Assembly: GCA_964461115.1 (NCBI GenBank)
Contig: CAYWSX010000006.1
Span: 60,892 to 124,891, forward strand
Direction of reading: 5' to 3'
Origin: an uncultured Muribaculaceae bacterium
Lineage (GTDB): Bacteria; Cyanobacteriota; Vampirovibrionia; Gastranaerophilales; Gastranaerophilaceae
Length of the DNA: 64,000 bases
Shown in pieces: positions 1 through 9,880 of this stretch. Position 1 is the first letter of the stretch; each line of letters begins with the position of its first letter. The translations under genes were made by a program, and so were the position numbers. Below the pieces are notes generated by a model that saw nothing but the letters and a program-made list of their open reading frames with translations, searched no databases and was not told where the DNA came from.

Positions 1-1
1 A

Positions 2-112
2 GGCAAAGGATTGAACCTGCCGTTGATATTGAAACTGGCAATTGAGGCGAGAGGCTCCGAGTTTGCTGAAAAACACGGGAAACTTATCAAAGAACTTGAA
101 GAACTTTTATAA
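2..112 (+). CDS. 3' end of an unidentified CDS entering from the left edge (...GKGLNLPLILKLAIEARGSEFAEKHGKLIKELEELL*)
   Basis: Frame open from the window edge to TAA at 110-112, followed by a hairpin terminator. Too short to assign a function. Confidence 0.3.
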   Translation, partial: GKGLNLPLILKLAIEARGSEFAEKHGKLIKELEELL

Positions 113-115
113 AAC

Positions 116-143
116 AAAAAGCGGGATTAAATCCCGCTTTTTT
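116..143. terminator. Bidirectional rho-independent terminator
   Basis: A-run, stem GCGGGAT (121-127) / ATCCCGC (131-137) with loop TAA, then a T-run. Lies between convergent genes. Confidence 0.75.
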
Positions 144-147
144 ATTA

Positions 148-1308
148 TTAAACTTTAGCTTTTTCTTTTGAATGTCTTTTTGCTTGGCGTTCGGTCTCTT
201 TTTTACGCTTTTTACGGCGCATAAGGTCGACAAATGCTTCAAGACGGGTTAGGTATCCGGCTTTACCTGTTTGTTCGTCCATAATCAGCGTTAAAATCGG
301 GATTTCGCACTCTTCACGCATTGAAGGGAAGATGTTTTGCGAAATAATTTCAGGCATGCATGTGAACGGGCTTATGTGGATAATTCCGTCCTTGCCTTGC
401 TTGTTCGCAAACATTACATCAGAAACACACTCAAGAGCGTCGCCGCCGATATCGCGTCTCAAATAAGGTTTCGCCAGCCTGAAAGAGCGTTCCAGGTGAG
501 TTTCCCCCTTTTTAAATGCTTTAGGAATAATAGCGTCTTTTAAGAAGCTTGAAATTGTCAGCGTACGACGAGTTTGAACCCCCATTTTGCCGAGTTCGCG
601 CTCGATATTTTGGTTTGAGAAGTAATCTAATACCAAGAAGATTTCACCCGTTAAATCTACGTACAAAACATCTCGGTTGTTTTCGATTTTTGTTTTGCGG
701 ATTTCTTCAATGGCTTTCTTTTTAGCTTTTGCCAGTGCACGCGTGCTGTTTGCTTCATCTACGATTTTTAGTGCTCTGTTAAATGCTCTTTCTGCAGAAC
801 CTGCAACGACTTCACGTGCACGATAATATGAAAGCGCTTTTTCAAGTCTGTCTAATACAAAAACTTTGCGTACGGCAATATTTATAGCCTTTATGATAGG
901 AATAGGATTTTTTACCCCTGACAGTTCGGTTAAAAAATTGTACATACCTTTGAAACCGTCATAAAGTTGAAGTTCGATATAATTTGCTTCGTACCCCAAG
1001 TCTGCAAGTGCGTGTTTGATACTGCTTCCGTATTCTCCCAGTCTGCAAATTCCCGGCGATGTAATCATAGCAACGTAATCCGCTCCGCCTTCTATGGCCT
1101 CCACGAAATTACCTAAGATGAGTTTATAGGGCAGACAAATAGCTTCCGGGCTGTTTTTTGTGCCCAAAGAAAGAGTTTTCTTGCTGGTATACGGAGGAAC
1201 AAAAGGCTCCACCCCGATTTTTCTAAGTGCAGCAGACCAAACTATTGAAATTGTTCCCATATGTGGGAATGCAACTTTAATTTTTTGTTTTTCTTGTTTT
1301 TCGGCCAT
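148..1308 (-). CDS. Acyl-CoA dehydratase activase-related protein (DUF2229-like)
   Basis: Long ORF. N-terminal IKVAFPHMG...EAICLPYKL...GADYVAMITSPGICRLGEY pattern recalled from the DUF2229 / CoA-enzyme-activase-associated family. ATG at 1308 preferred over the TTG at 1314. Confidence 0.55.
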   Translation of the reverse strand: MAEKQEKQKIKVAFPHMGTISIVWSAALRKIGVEPFVPPYTSKKTLSLGTKNSPEAICLPYKLILGNFVEAIEGGADYVAMITSPGICRLGEYGSSIKHALADLGYEANYIELQLYDGFKGMYNFLTELSGVKNPIPIIKAINIAVRKVFVLDRLEKALSYYRAREVVAGSAERAFNRALKIVDEANSTRALAKAKKKAIEEIRKTKIENNRDVLYVDLTGEIFLVLDYFSNQNIERELGKMGVQTRRTLTISSFLKDAIIPKAFKKGETHLERSFRLAKPYLRRDIGGDALECVSDVMFANKQGKDGIIHISPFTCMPEIISQNIFPSMREECEIPILTLIMDEQTGKAGYLTRLEAFVDLMRRKKRKKETERQAKRHSKEKAKV

Positions 1309-1323
1309 AACCAACTCTATAAA

Positions 1324-1971
1324 TTACTGAACTCTCAAAACATATCCGCCGTTATCTGCGTTTTCAAGCGCATCTTCAGCGATTTTGTTTCGAAGGTTTT
1401 TAATGTATTTGTAGACATAATCTCTTGGTAAATCAAGCAATTGAGCTAAGTCTTTCGCATAAACAATAGAATTTTTGTTAGCCAAGAAGTGGTTAAATAC
1501 CATTTGTTCGCGGTCTGTTAAAGGTTTCTTGAAAGATACAGAAGCCCCGTCAACGGTTGCCGTTACTTCGATTTTGACTTCTTTTTTAGCTGTTTTTTCT
1601 GCTTTAAGAGGTTTTTTAGGTGCAACCTCTTTTTCTTTTCTTACAGCCGTTTCAATCTTAACTTCTTCCTTAATTATTGCAGGTTTTTCAATTTTTAATT
1701 CGGGTTTGAAGTCAATTTTAGCATTAGTAATTTCTTTTTCTCTTGAAAATGCTTTTTGAGCAATTGTATTAATTTTTTCAGTTCTTACTTTGTAAGTTTC
1801 TTTCACGAGTACAGGTTCTTTTTCAAGAACGATGTCTACTATATCTCTTGTTTCTTTTTCTTCGTTAATAACTTTCCCAAGTCTGGCAGCAAAATCCTCT
1901 AAAGTGATTTTTTCTAATGAGCTTCTCCATTGTCTGACTTCTTCTTTGCTCAAGTATTCTGACATTTTCAA
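1324..1971 (-). CDS. Lys/Glu-rich protein with C-terminal OmpR/PhoB-type winged-helix DNA-binding domain and no receiver domain
   Basis: C-terminus LTDREQMVFNHFLANKNSIVYAKDLAQLL...YVYKYIKNLRNKI...GGYVLRV matches the Trans_reg_C pattern (LT..E...L......vs...L.......v.v.I..LR.Ki....GyGY.l). Confidence 0.55.
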   Translation of the reverse strand: MKMSEYLSKEEVRQWRSSLEKITLEDFAARLGKVINEEKETRDIVDIVLEKEPVLVKETYKVRTEKINTIAQKAFSREKEITNAKIDFKPELKIEKPAIIKEEVKIETAVRKEKEVAPKKPLKAEKTAKKEVKIEVTATVDGASVSFKKPLTDREQMVFNHFLANKNSIVYAKDLAQLLDLPRDYVYKYIKNLRNKIAEDALENADNGGYVLRVQ

Positions 1972-2545
1972 TCTCCTTGACTAAAATTTCCAACCCCTGT
2001 TTGGTGTGGGTTTCCTTATTCCGACAACTGTAAATTTATTGTCTTTATTAGAATTTAGCATAAATTTTGCATTAAATCTCAAAATATTTAGCAATTTAAA
2101 CAAAATTTCAAAAAGGTTTACAAAACCCGATTAGTGCTTGACTAAATCAAATCTTTGTAAACGGATTTTAGGGGGTGATACTTTTTCATTATTAACTCTT
2201 TTTTGAAATTTTGCATAATTTTTACAAAACTTAAAAAATACCAAAAAGCATGTAAAAGCATGCATGGTGCATGTTTTCATGGCGCGGGAAGTTCTAAATC
2301 ATGCAATGATAAGGGATTATGTCCTCGGCTTCTGTCAAAACCCTCTGGTAGCAAGGCTTATCTCTTTGTGTCTATTTCGTAATATTTCTTCATGTTGCTA
2401 TTGTAATTGAAGTCTTTGCCGTTATAATTAAATTAAAGCCGTGTTGCGATTGATTATTCGAGGCATGGTTCGGGGAGACATATTAATAATAGGGATTTGT
2501 AGACTTTGTCTATTTTTCAAAAATTAATTTGGGAGGTTATATAAA

Positions 2546-2764
2546 GTGTTAAGAAGCAGAGATATGGGGAGAGCCGTCGCTGTTCGAAGATGGACGAATA
2601 CAGCGTTAGAGTGCTACAAAAGAGGCTGTGTTTGTGAAAGTTGTTTTTATGCTGATTTCTTTAACGGAAGTTCTCAAAAATGTCAGATGAAAGCATCAGT
2701 TTTGGAGCTTGTAAGAGTTTTAGGCAAGCCTGATATTGAACTTCAGCAATTAATAACTGATTAA
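2546..2764 (+). CDS. Small Cys-containing hypothetical protein (72 aa)
   Basis: GTG start 9 nt after GGGAGG (2531-2536). Contains CYKRGCVCESC...QKC. No family recognised. Confidence 0.5.
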   Translation: MLRSRDMGRAVAVRRWTNTALECYKRGCVCESCFYADFFNGSSQKCQMKASVLELVRVLGKPDIELQQLITD

Positions 2765-2765
2765 T

Positions 2766-3539
2766 TTATAATTTATCAAAACTTGAACGTTTTATCAGCT
2801 TTGCAGTGTTAATCAATGATACTTCTTCGATTTTGAATAAATCGGGGGTGATTGAAGCATTATTGTTAACTATACGGATATATTCAGCGGCAGAAATGCC
2901 GTCTTTATAATTTTCTGCACATTCTATATCAAAATCAAAATATTGCTCTTTGGAATTTACATCATTACTTGTGCAGGTGATGTCAACCCAGCGGGTGTTG
3001 TCGGTTTTATCATTTAACCCGATAAAAAGTTTGTATTCTGCCGTGTCGGCGCCTTCGACTACCTTGATTTCCGCCCCTTCCTTGGGCGTTATTATGAAGG
3101 GCGCCTTGAATTGCAGCTGATTTTCAACAGTGAATGTGCTGTCAGGTATTAGTTCAATCGGTATGATTTGAGCGGAGGCTTGAGCCTGAATTTCAACAGT
3201 GTTTATACCGAGCGCGCTTAAAAAATAGGTAGGTGCAGGGGATGTCGCCTTTATTAGTATTGCCTTTGCCGATTTTTTCGCCGTAATTTCCGTTATTTGA
3301 GCATATTGAATTTGATTGACTTTAAAAAACGAGAAAACTTTGCGGGCTTCAGTTTCTACGTTGTCTTCTGAAATATGCCCGACAGACGTTAGCGCAGTTG
3401 TTTCTATTGCATTTTGGAGTTTTGCGCGTGCCGCCAAAACGAGTGAAAAATCAATTGCAAATGCAGCGAAGACAAAAAATATTGTAAAAAATGCAATCAC
3501 TGAAACCAATGCGCTGGCGTTTTTGCGGCTTTTCATCAT
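2766..3539 (-). CDS. TadG-like (Flp pilus-assembly TadE/G-like N-terminal domain) membrane-anchored protein
   Basis: N-terminal TM helix followed by AIDFSLVLAARAKLQNAIETTAL, matching the Tad N-terminal pattern (..D.g.....r..LQ.A.D.AAL). ATGA overlap with the upstream gene. Confidence 0.6.
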   Translation of the reverse strand: MMKSRKNASALVSVIAFFTIFFVFAAFAIDFSLVLAARAKLQNAIETTALTSVGHISEDNVETEARKVFSFFKVNQIQYAQITEITAKKSAKAILIKATSPAPTYFLSALGINTVEIQAQASAQIIPIELIPDSTFTVENQLQFKAPFIITPKEGAEIKVVEGADTAEYKLFIGLNDKTDNTRWVDITCTSNDVNSKEQYFDFDIECAENYKDGISAAEYIRIVNNNASITPDLFKIEEVSLINTAKLIKRSSFDKL

Positions 3540-4033
3540 ATTCCGTCCTCTTCACTTTCTGCGCCGCTGTTAATTTGAGGTACAAGTGCATCGAGTTCTT
3601 CGGTTGAAATTGCCTCTTCATATCCTTCAAGCTTTGGGGCTTTAAGCGGAAATACTGAGGCTGAGCCCATGTTTATTTCACGCAGTGCCGGCAAAAAAGC
3701 GTAATTAAATCCCGGAGTGTATGTGTAGGTTGAAATAACAGCAGGATAATCTCCTACGGTGATTAATCGAGTTTGAAGGGAGCTTCTGTTCGGCAAATTA
3801 TTCTTTTCAACGTCAATTTTAATATAATTTTTGACTGCGTCTTCAAAATCCTGTTTTTCAGAGTCGGTGTTTATCGCTGCAATATAAGCAGAAACAGAGG
3901 ATTTTACGGCACTTGCCAGCACGAGATTTGCATTCAGTCCGAAGGCGAATTCGGTGAGAATTATAAGGAAAATCACCAAAAGAGGTGCAGCAAGCATAAA
4001 TTCCGTGATTTGCTGTGCTTTCAGCTTTTTCAT
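3536..4033 (-). CDS. TadE-like protein
   Basis: N-terminus KAQQITEFMLAAPLLVIFLIILTEF resembles the TadE-like domain. Translationally coupled (ATGA overlaps) on both sides. Confidence 0.55.
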   Translation of the reverse strand: MKKLKAQQITEFMLAAPLLVIFLIILTEFAFGLNANLVLASAVKSSVSAYIAAINTDSEKQDFEDAVKNYIKIDVEKNNLPNRSSLQTRLITVGDYPAVISTYTYTPGFNYAFLPALREINMGSASVFPLKAPKLEGYEEAISTEELDALVPQINSGAESEEDGI

Positions 4034-4839
4034 TGCTTTTTTCCGTTAATTCCGCTGTCAATCTGGGTTTGTTTTATAAATTTTTGCACGTCAGCCGGAA
4101 TTTGAATATTTTGCAGGCTGAACATATATTTTTTCAGATCAGCGATATTCTGCTGCTCTTCAAGCAGGTCTTTTTGCGGAATTTGTATTGAGCCCTTGAT
4201 CTCTTCAAATTTTGATTTAACCTCTTTTGAAGCCACTTTGGCGATAATTACGTCCAAATCACTGTCAGTAAGAGAGTATTTTGAGGCAATATCTTTGACT
4301 GTTGCTCCATATGGCAGGCGGTAAAGCCATAAAAGCGTCAGCACATCGGCTTTTCCGATTTGAGTCACGCCGTATTTGTGCGGAACATACATTATGTCCG
4401 CTTCGAACGGGCTGTGCCCAAGCCCCAGTGCGTGCCCGATTTCGTGCACTATTGTGTGGTAAACTTCATCTTCGTGCATGTATTTTTGGCAGACGTAGCC
4501 GTCTGAAATCCCGATTTCGATTTCTGCCGAGTAATATCTGAAATTTTCATCATGATTCCAGTTGCAATGTCCGAGAGACTCACGATTTACGCGCCTCCAG
4601 CTTAAATTTATCTGTGAATCATAGAGACTGTTTACAATCCTGAATTTTATAAAGCCGCTTGTGACTCTTTCCCACTCACGGAGAGCCCGCATAACCATTT
4701 CGCGGTATTTTTCAGATTCGTGAGCAACAGAATAAAATTTACACGGTGCAATGTAAAATTTTATGGGCATGGTATTTTCCGCCCATCTTGCAATGCGCCC
4801 TTTGTTTAAACTCTGTTGTAAATAAGTAAATTTTTTCAT
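4030..4839 (-). CDS. Matrixin-like (M10 family) zinc metalloprotease
   Basis: HTIVHEIGHALGLGHSPFEADIMY contains the HExxHxxGxxH zinc motif plus a Met-turn. First gene of a 3-gene overlapping operon. Confidence 0.75.
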   Translation of the reverse strand: MKKFTYLQQSLNKGRIARWAENTMPIKFYIAPCKFYSVAHESEKYREMVMRALREWERVTSGFIKFRIVNSLYDSQINLSWRRVNRESLGHCNWNHDENFRYYSAEIEIGISDGYVCQKYMHEDEVYHTIVHEIGHALGLGHSPFEADIMYVPHKYGVTQIGKADVLTLLWLYRLPYGATVKDIASKYSLTDSDLDVIIAKVASKEVKSKFEEIKGSIQIPQKDLLEEQQNIADLKKYMFSLQNIQIPADVQKFIKQTQIDSGINGKKQ

Positions 4840-4937
4840 AAATACGTTAAAATCAAACTTCCTTTATTAAAATTTACCATATAATCTATGCCGGTTCAAT
4901 TTGGCTTAAATAAACTCAATATTTGGTTTTGCCATGA

Positions 4938-4966
4938 TTGACAATGATCCTTGTCTGGGTTAAATT
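4938..4966 (+). promoter_or_regulatory. Sigma-70-type promoter for rplU-rpmA
   Basis: TTGACA (4938-4943), 17-nt spacer, TAAATT (4961-4966), about 80 nt upstream of rplU. Confidence 0.5.
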
Positions 4967-5047
4967 ATCAATACTTGTATTAGATAGGTTGATTGCCCCT
5001 AAATGCTTTTAAAAGCTGCAATCCCTTAAAATTGAAAGGAAATTCAC

Positions 5048-5398
5048 ATGTACGCAATAGTTGAAACAGGCGGAAAACAATACCCTATGGAAGAAGGAAG
5101 ATACATCGATATCGAACTTCTTGAAGGCGAAAAAGACGAAAAAGTTGTTTTTGATAAAATTGTTATGCTTGTAAACGGTAAAAAATCAAAAGTTGGTCAG
5201 CCTTATGTTGAAAAAGCGACAGTAGAAGGCAAAATTATGACTCACGATAAATCAAAAAAAGTTATCGTATACAAACAAAGACCTAAAAAAGGATACAGAA
5301 AAAAACAAGGTCACAGACAAGGCTTTACAAGAGTTATGATTAGCAAAATCAGAACTACAGCGGCTAAAGTAGCTAAAGAAGAAGCAGCTGCAGAATAG
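5048..5398 (+). CDS. rplU: 50S ribosomal protein L21
   Basis: MYAIVETGGKQY... canonical L21 N-terminus. Basic C-terminal extension. Confidence 0.95.
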   Translation: MYAIVETGGKQYPMEEGRYIDIELLEGEKDEKVVFDKIVMLVNGKKSKVGQPYVEKATVEGKIMTHDKSKKVIVYKQRPKKGYRKKQGHRQGFTRVMISKIRTTAAKVAKEEAAAE

Positions 5399-5431
5399 TC
5401 AAAAGAAATTAATTAATAAGGAGATAAAACA

Positions 5432-5686
5432 ATGGCTCATAAGAAGGGTGTAGGTTCATCCAAAAACGGAAGAGATTCGGAAAGTAAGCGATTAGGCGTT
5501 AAAAAATACGGCGGCGAAGCTGTTCTTGCGGGCAATATTCTTGTTCGTCAGCGCGGTACAAAAATTCACCCCGGTGTTAACGTTGGACGCGGTTCAGACG
5601 ACACATTGTTCGCAACTATCGACGGTGTTGTAAAATTCGAACCACACAGACGCGACAGAAAACAAGTAAGCGTATACGCTCAATAG
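5432..5686 (+). CDS. rpmA: 50S ribosomal protein L27
   Basis: [24 protein letters not shown]... canonical L27. AAGGAG RBS. Confidence 0.97.
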   Translation: MAHKKGVGSSKNGRDSESKRLGVKKYGGEAVLAGNILVRQRGTKIHPGVNVGRGSDDTLFATIDGVVKFEPHRRDRKQVSVYAQ

Positions 5687-5711
5687 TTTTCGGAAGAATC
5701 AGATAAATTTT

Positions 5712-5743
5712 AAAAAACGTCCGAGTTTCGGGCGTTTTTTTTA
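5712..5743. terminator. Bidirectional rho-independent terminator
   Basis: Stem ACGTCCGA (5717-5724) / TCGGGCGT (5728-5735), 3-nt loop, flanked by an A-run and a T8 run. Confidence 0.8.
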
Positions 5744-6646
5744 TGCGGAAACTACGTTTTTTAACAGATCGGCAAAATCCGTACTCAATAATTGAGCGAA
5801 AACCTCAGGGTCAATTTGTGTTACTACAACGGCCATAAGGTCTTGCGGTAAATTATCGATAACCTTTATGAGCATATCTTCGTCAAGTTTACCCATGCCT
5901 TTAATTAATTCGGACTTATCTAAGAGTTCTAGCGGTTTTGTCAGGGTTTTGACGCTGAATTCTTCCCATAATTTAGGGTCTTCTTCGCACATGTTCATGA
6001 TAATTTGACGTTTGTATTTAGGCTTAAGCGCTTGAATTGATTCTGTAAACTGTTTTGGATTTAATTGTTCAATTGTTTCCAGCAATCCCTTGCGGTCGGT
6101 ATTTTCGTCAACAGGCTTGCCTGTAACTCCTTCAACCATCTGCATAAGTGCTTCTTTGTTTAGGCTTTGAACTTCTTTCATCAATTTTTTAGGATCGACT
6201 TTTTCTGATTCAAACCATTTGTTTAAATCGGACTCAGGTACAAGTTTTAGGAAGTCCTGCTTTGAATAACATTCAAAAAGAATTTTTGTAATTTCTTTTT
6301 TCGGCATTTCGCGGATGTACTTCATAAGAGCGTCTTGGGTAAAAAATTGGAGCCCGTTAGCAAGGTCTTTTGCAGGCAAATATTGCAATAATCTCGACAA
6401 ATCATCAGGGTTCATTTCTCGAAGGATTTTCCAGCGATTTTTGGCACTTCCCAGCTTAAATAGGCGCATGATTGCGTTAGGGTCTTTTAAGATACTGATG
6501 AGATAATCTTCGGCCGCAGTATTACCGTTAGCGGCTTCGGTTTCTACAATTTCCTGCAAACTTTGAGACCCATACGCTTGCAAACGCTGGGCATCAATGT
6601 TGATGTACCTTGACAGGTAATTTAAATCTAATTCTATTGATATCAT
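5741..6646 (-). CDS. Hypothetical all-helical protein (repeats vaguely reminiscent of MgtE-N/FliG-type helical domains)
   Basis: 301-aa ORF with coding-like composition. Repeated L..L.p.dla..l segments. No catalytic motif recognised. Confidence 0.6.
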   Translation of the reverse strand: MISIELDLNYLSRYINIDAQRLQAYGSQSLQEIVETEAANGNTAAEDYLISILKDPNAIMRLFKLGSAKNRWKILREMNPDDLSRLLQYLPAKDLANGLQFFTQDALMKYIREMPKKEITKILFECYSKQDFLKLVPESDLNKWFESEKVDPKKLMKEVQSLNKEALMQMVEGVTGKPVDENTDRKGLLETIEQLNPKQFTESIQALKPKYKRQIIMNMCEEDPKLWEEFSVKTLTKPLELLDKSELIKGMGKLDEDMLIKVIDNLPQDLMAVVVTQIDPEVFAQLLSTDFADLLKNVVSA

Positions 6647-6739
6647 GTCGTGCCTGAAATTATACCGCTCTATATTATTAAACGTTTTTTGGAGGCTTCA
6701 AGTTAAGTAAAAACGGCAAAATGCAACAAAAATTTACAA

Positions 6740-6768
6740 TAAAAAACCTCCCTGAAGGAGGTTTTAAA
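6740..6768 (-). terminator. Rho-independent terminator
   Basis: On the minus strand AACCTCC-TTCAG-GGAGGTT followed by TTTTTTATT, directly after the stop of the 6771-7547 gene. Confidence 0.75.
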
Positions 6769-6770
6769 GT

Positions 6771-7547
6771 TTATTGTCTGTAAATGGAATTTAGTATAAC
6801 CCTGTCAAAGTTTTTTCTATCTACCTCTCTTTGCGTTAGGGCTTTAAGTAAATCAAATACAGTGGCTGTTTCCGGGTTGAGTTTATAATATTTTAAAATC
6901 TCATTGCGTGTTAATGACCATTTTTCAGTTGATTTAAGCTCTCCGGAATAATAATCTTTATATAGGTAACCTTCGGCTTTTCCGATTGTTTCTGCAAGGG
7001 TTTTTATTTTCAATTTTCTGGAAATTTTAGTGCCGTCTACTTCTCTGATTGCCAGCCTCCGAAGAAGAACATATTCCGGAAAGGTAATTTGAGAAGCTTT
7101 TTGTATACCATAATGAGGTGCTTTGGATTGCAATATAGACATTCTTTTTGGTGCTTTATTAGTAGGAGTATGGTTCAATATCATTGCTGACAGTTTATCT
7201 GCATTGCCGTTATAGCTTTGTTCTGCTTTTATTAAAGCTTCTTCTAATTTTCTTGGATTGGAAAATCTGGACAAATGATAACTGTCTAAATATTGTACAG
7301 CACGCTTTCTTTCCTTCAAACTATTCACTAAAGTTGCAGGCAAGTGGGACTCTATCCATATAAGAAATTTATTTGAGCTATCTTTTGGGCGTGAACCGGT
7401 AGTTTTGCTGAGTTGCTGCAATGAATACCAGTGATAACCTGAGGATGGACCTTTGTAGCCAAATCGCTCAGCAACTGAATGTCTTATCTCTATGGCGTGT
7501 TTCATAGAGCGAACCGGCAAATATTTATTTATTCCGTTTATACTCAT
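6771..7547 (-). CDS. Hypothetical protein
   Basis: 258-aa ORF with its own terminator. No recognisable domain. Confidence 0.6.
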   Translation of the reverse strand: MSINGINKYLPVRSMKHAIEIRHSVAERFGYKGPSSGYHWYSLQQLSKTTGSRPKDSSNKFLIWIESHLPATLVNSLKERKRAVQYLDSYHLSRFSNPRKLEEALIKAEQSYNGNADKLSAMILNHTPTNKAPKRMSILQSKAPHYGIQKASQITFPEYVLLRRLAIREVDGTKISRKLKIKTLAETIGKAEGYLYKDYYSGELKSTEKWSLTRNEILKYYKLNPETATVFDLLKALTQREVDRKNFDRVILNSIYRQ

Positions 7548-7758
7548 AATCTCTCCTTAGTTTGATTCTTTTATGAATGTCCCAAAAAAAATTTCTTTGC
7601 CATATATTTTTTATATTATTTACAAAAATTAAACTGTTTTTTTATAAATCTCTACAAATTATTAATTTTTTGTTTATTTTTTAAGGTTTTCTCGAAAAAG
7701 GTGTTATAAACAAAATATAAGATTGTGAATTAAATTAAATTTGAATAAGGAGACATAA

Positions 7759-9603
<1,845 letters not shown>

Positions 9604-9617
9604 TAAATCTGTAATAC

Positions 9618-9652
9618 AAAAATGCTGAGCCTTTAAGGCTCAGCATTTTGCT
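9618..9652 (+). terminator. Rho-independent terminator of dnaK
   Basis: Stem AATGCTGAGCC (9621-9631) / GGCTCAGCATT (9637-9647), then a T-run. Confidence 0.85.
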
Positions 9653-9684
9653 TTATTCATTAGCAGCTTATATAACCACTCCCC

Positions 9685-9711
9685 GTCATCCTGAACTCGT
9701 TTCAGGATGAC
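9685..9711. repeat. Perfect 11-bp-stem hairpin/palindrome GTCATCCTGAA-CTCGT-TTCAGGATGAC
   Basis: Read directly. Preceded by CCCC. Intergenic, 35 nt downstream of the dnaK terminator. Single copy in this window. Confidence 0.8.
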
Positions 9712-9880
9712 AGTTGGTTGATATTCTTCACAATTTTCACAAAAAACAAAGCCTATAAGGTGATAAATGTATCACAATATTATGTTAAAGCCTGTCAGGC
9801 AAAATATCCCATAGTAGCTTTAAGCCTTAAAAATTTTATGATATACTCAAGGCAAAATTATCAATTATAAAGGAAAACAC

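Noticed and set aside
10-30. GGTTCAATCC (minus strand), a tRNA T-loop-like string at the left edge
   Set aside because: The flanking bases do not form a T-stem or acceptor stem. The region reads as the end of a protein-coding frame followed by a terminator.
3536-4033. Possibility of TGA recoding (alternative genetic code), because TAA/TAG dominate the stops
   Set aside because: TGA is used as a stop here (3536-3538, 4030-4032, 56048-56050), and all conserved genes are intact under the standard code.
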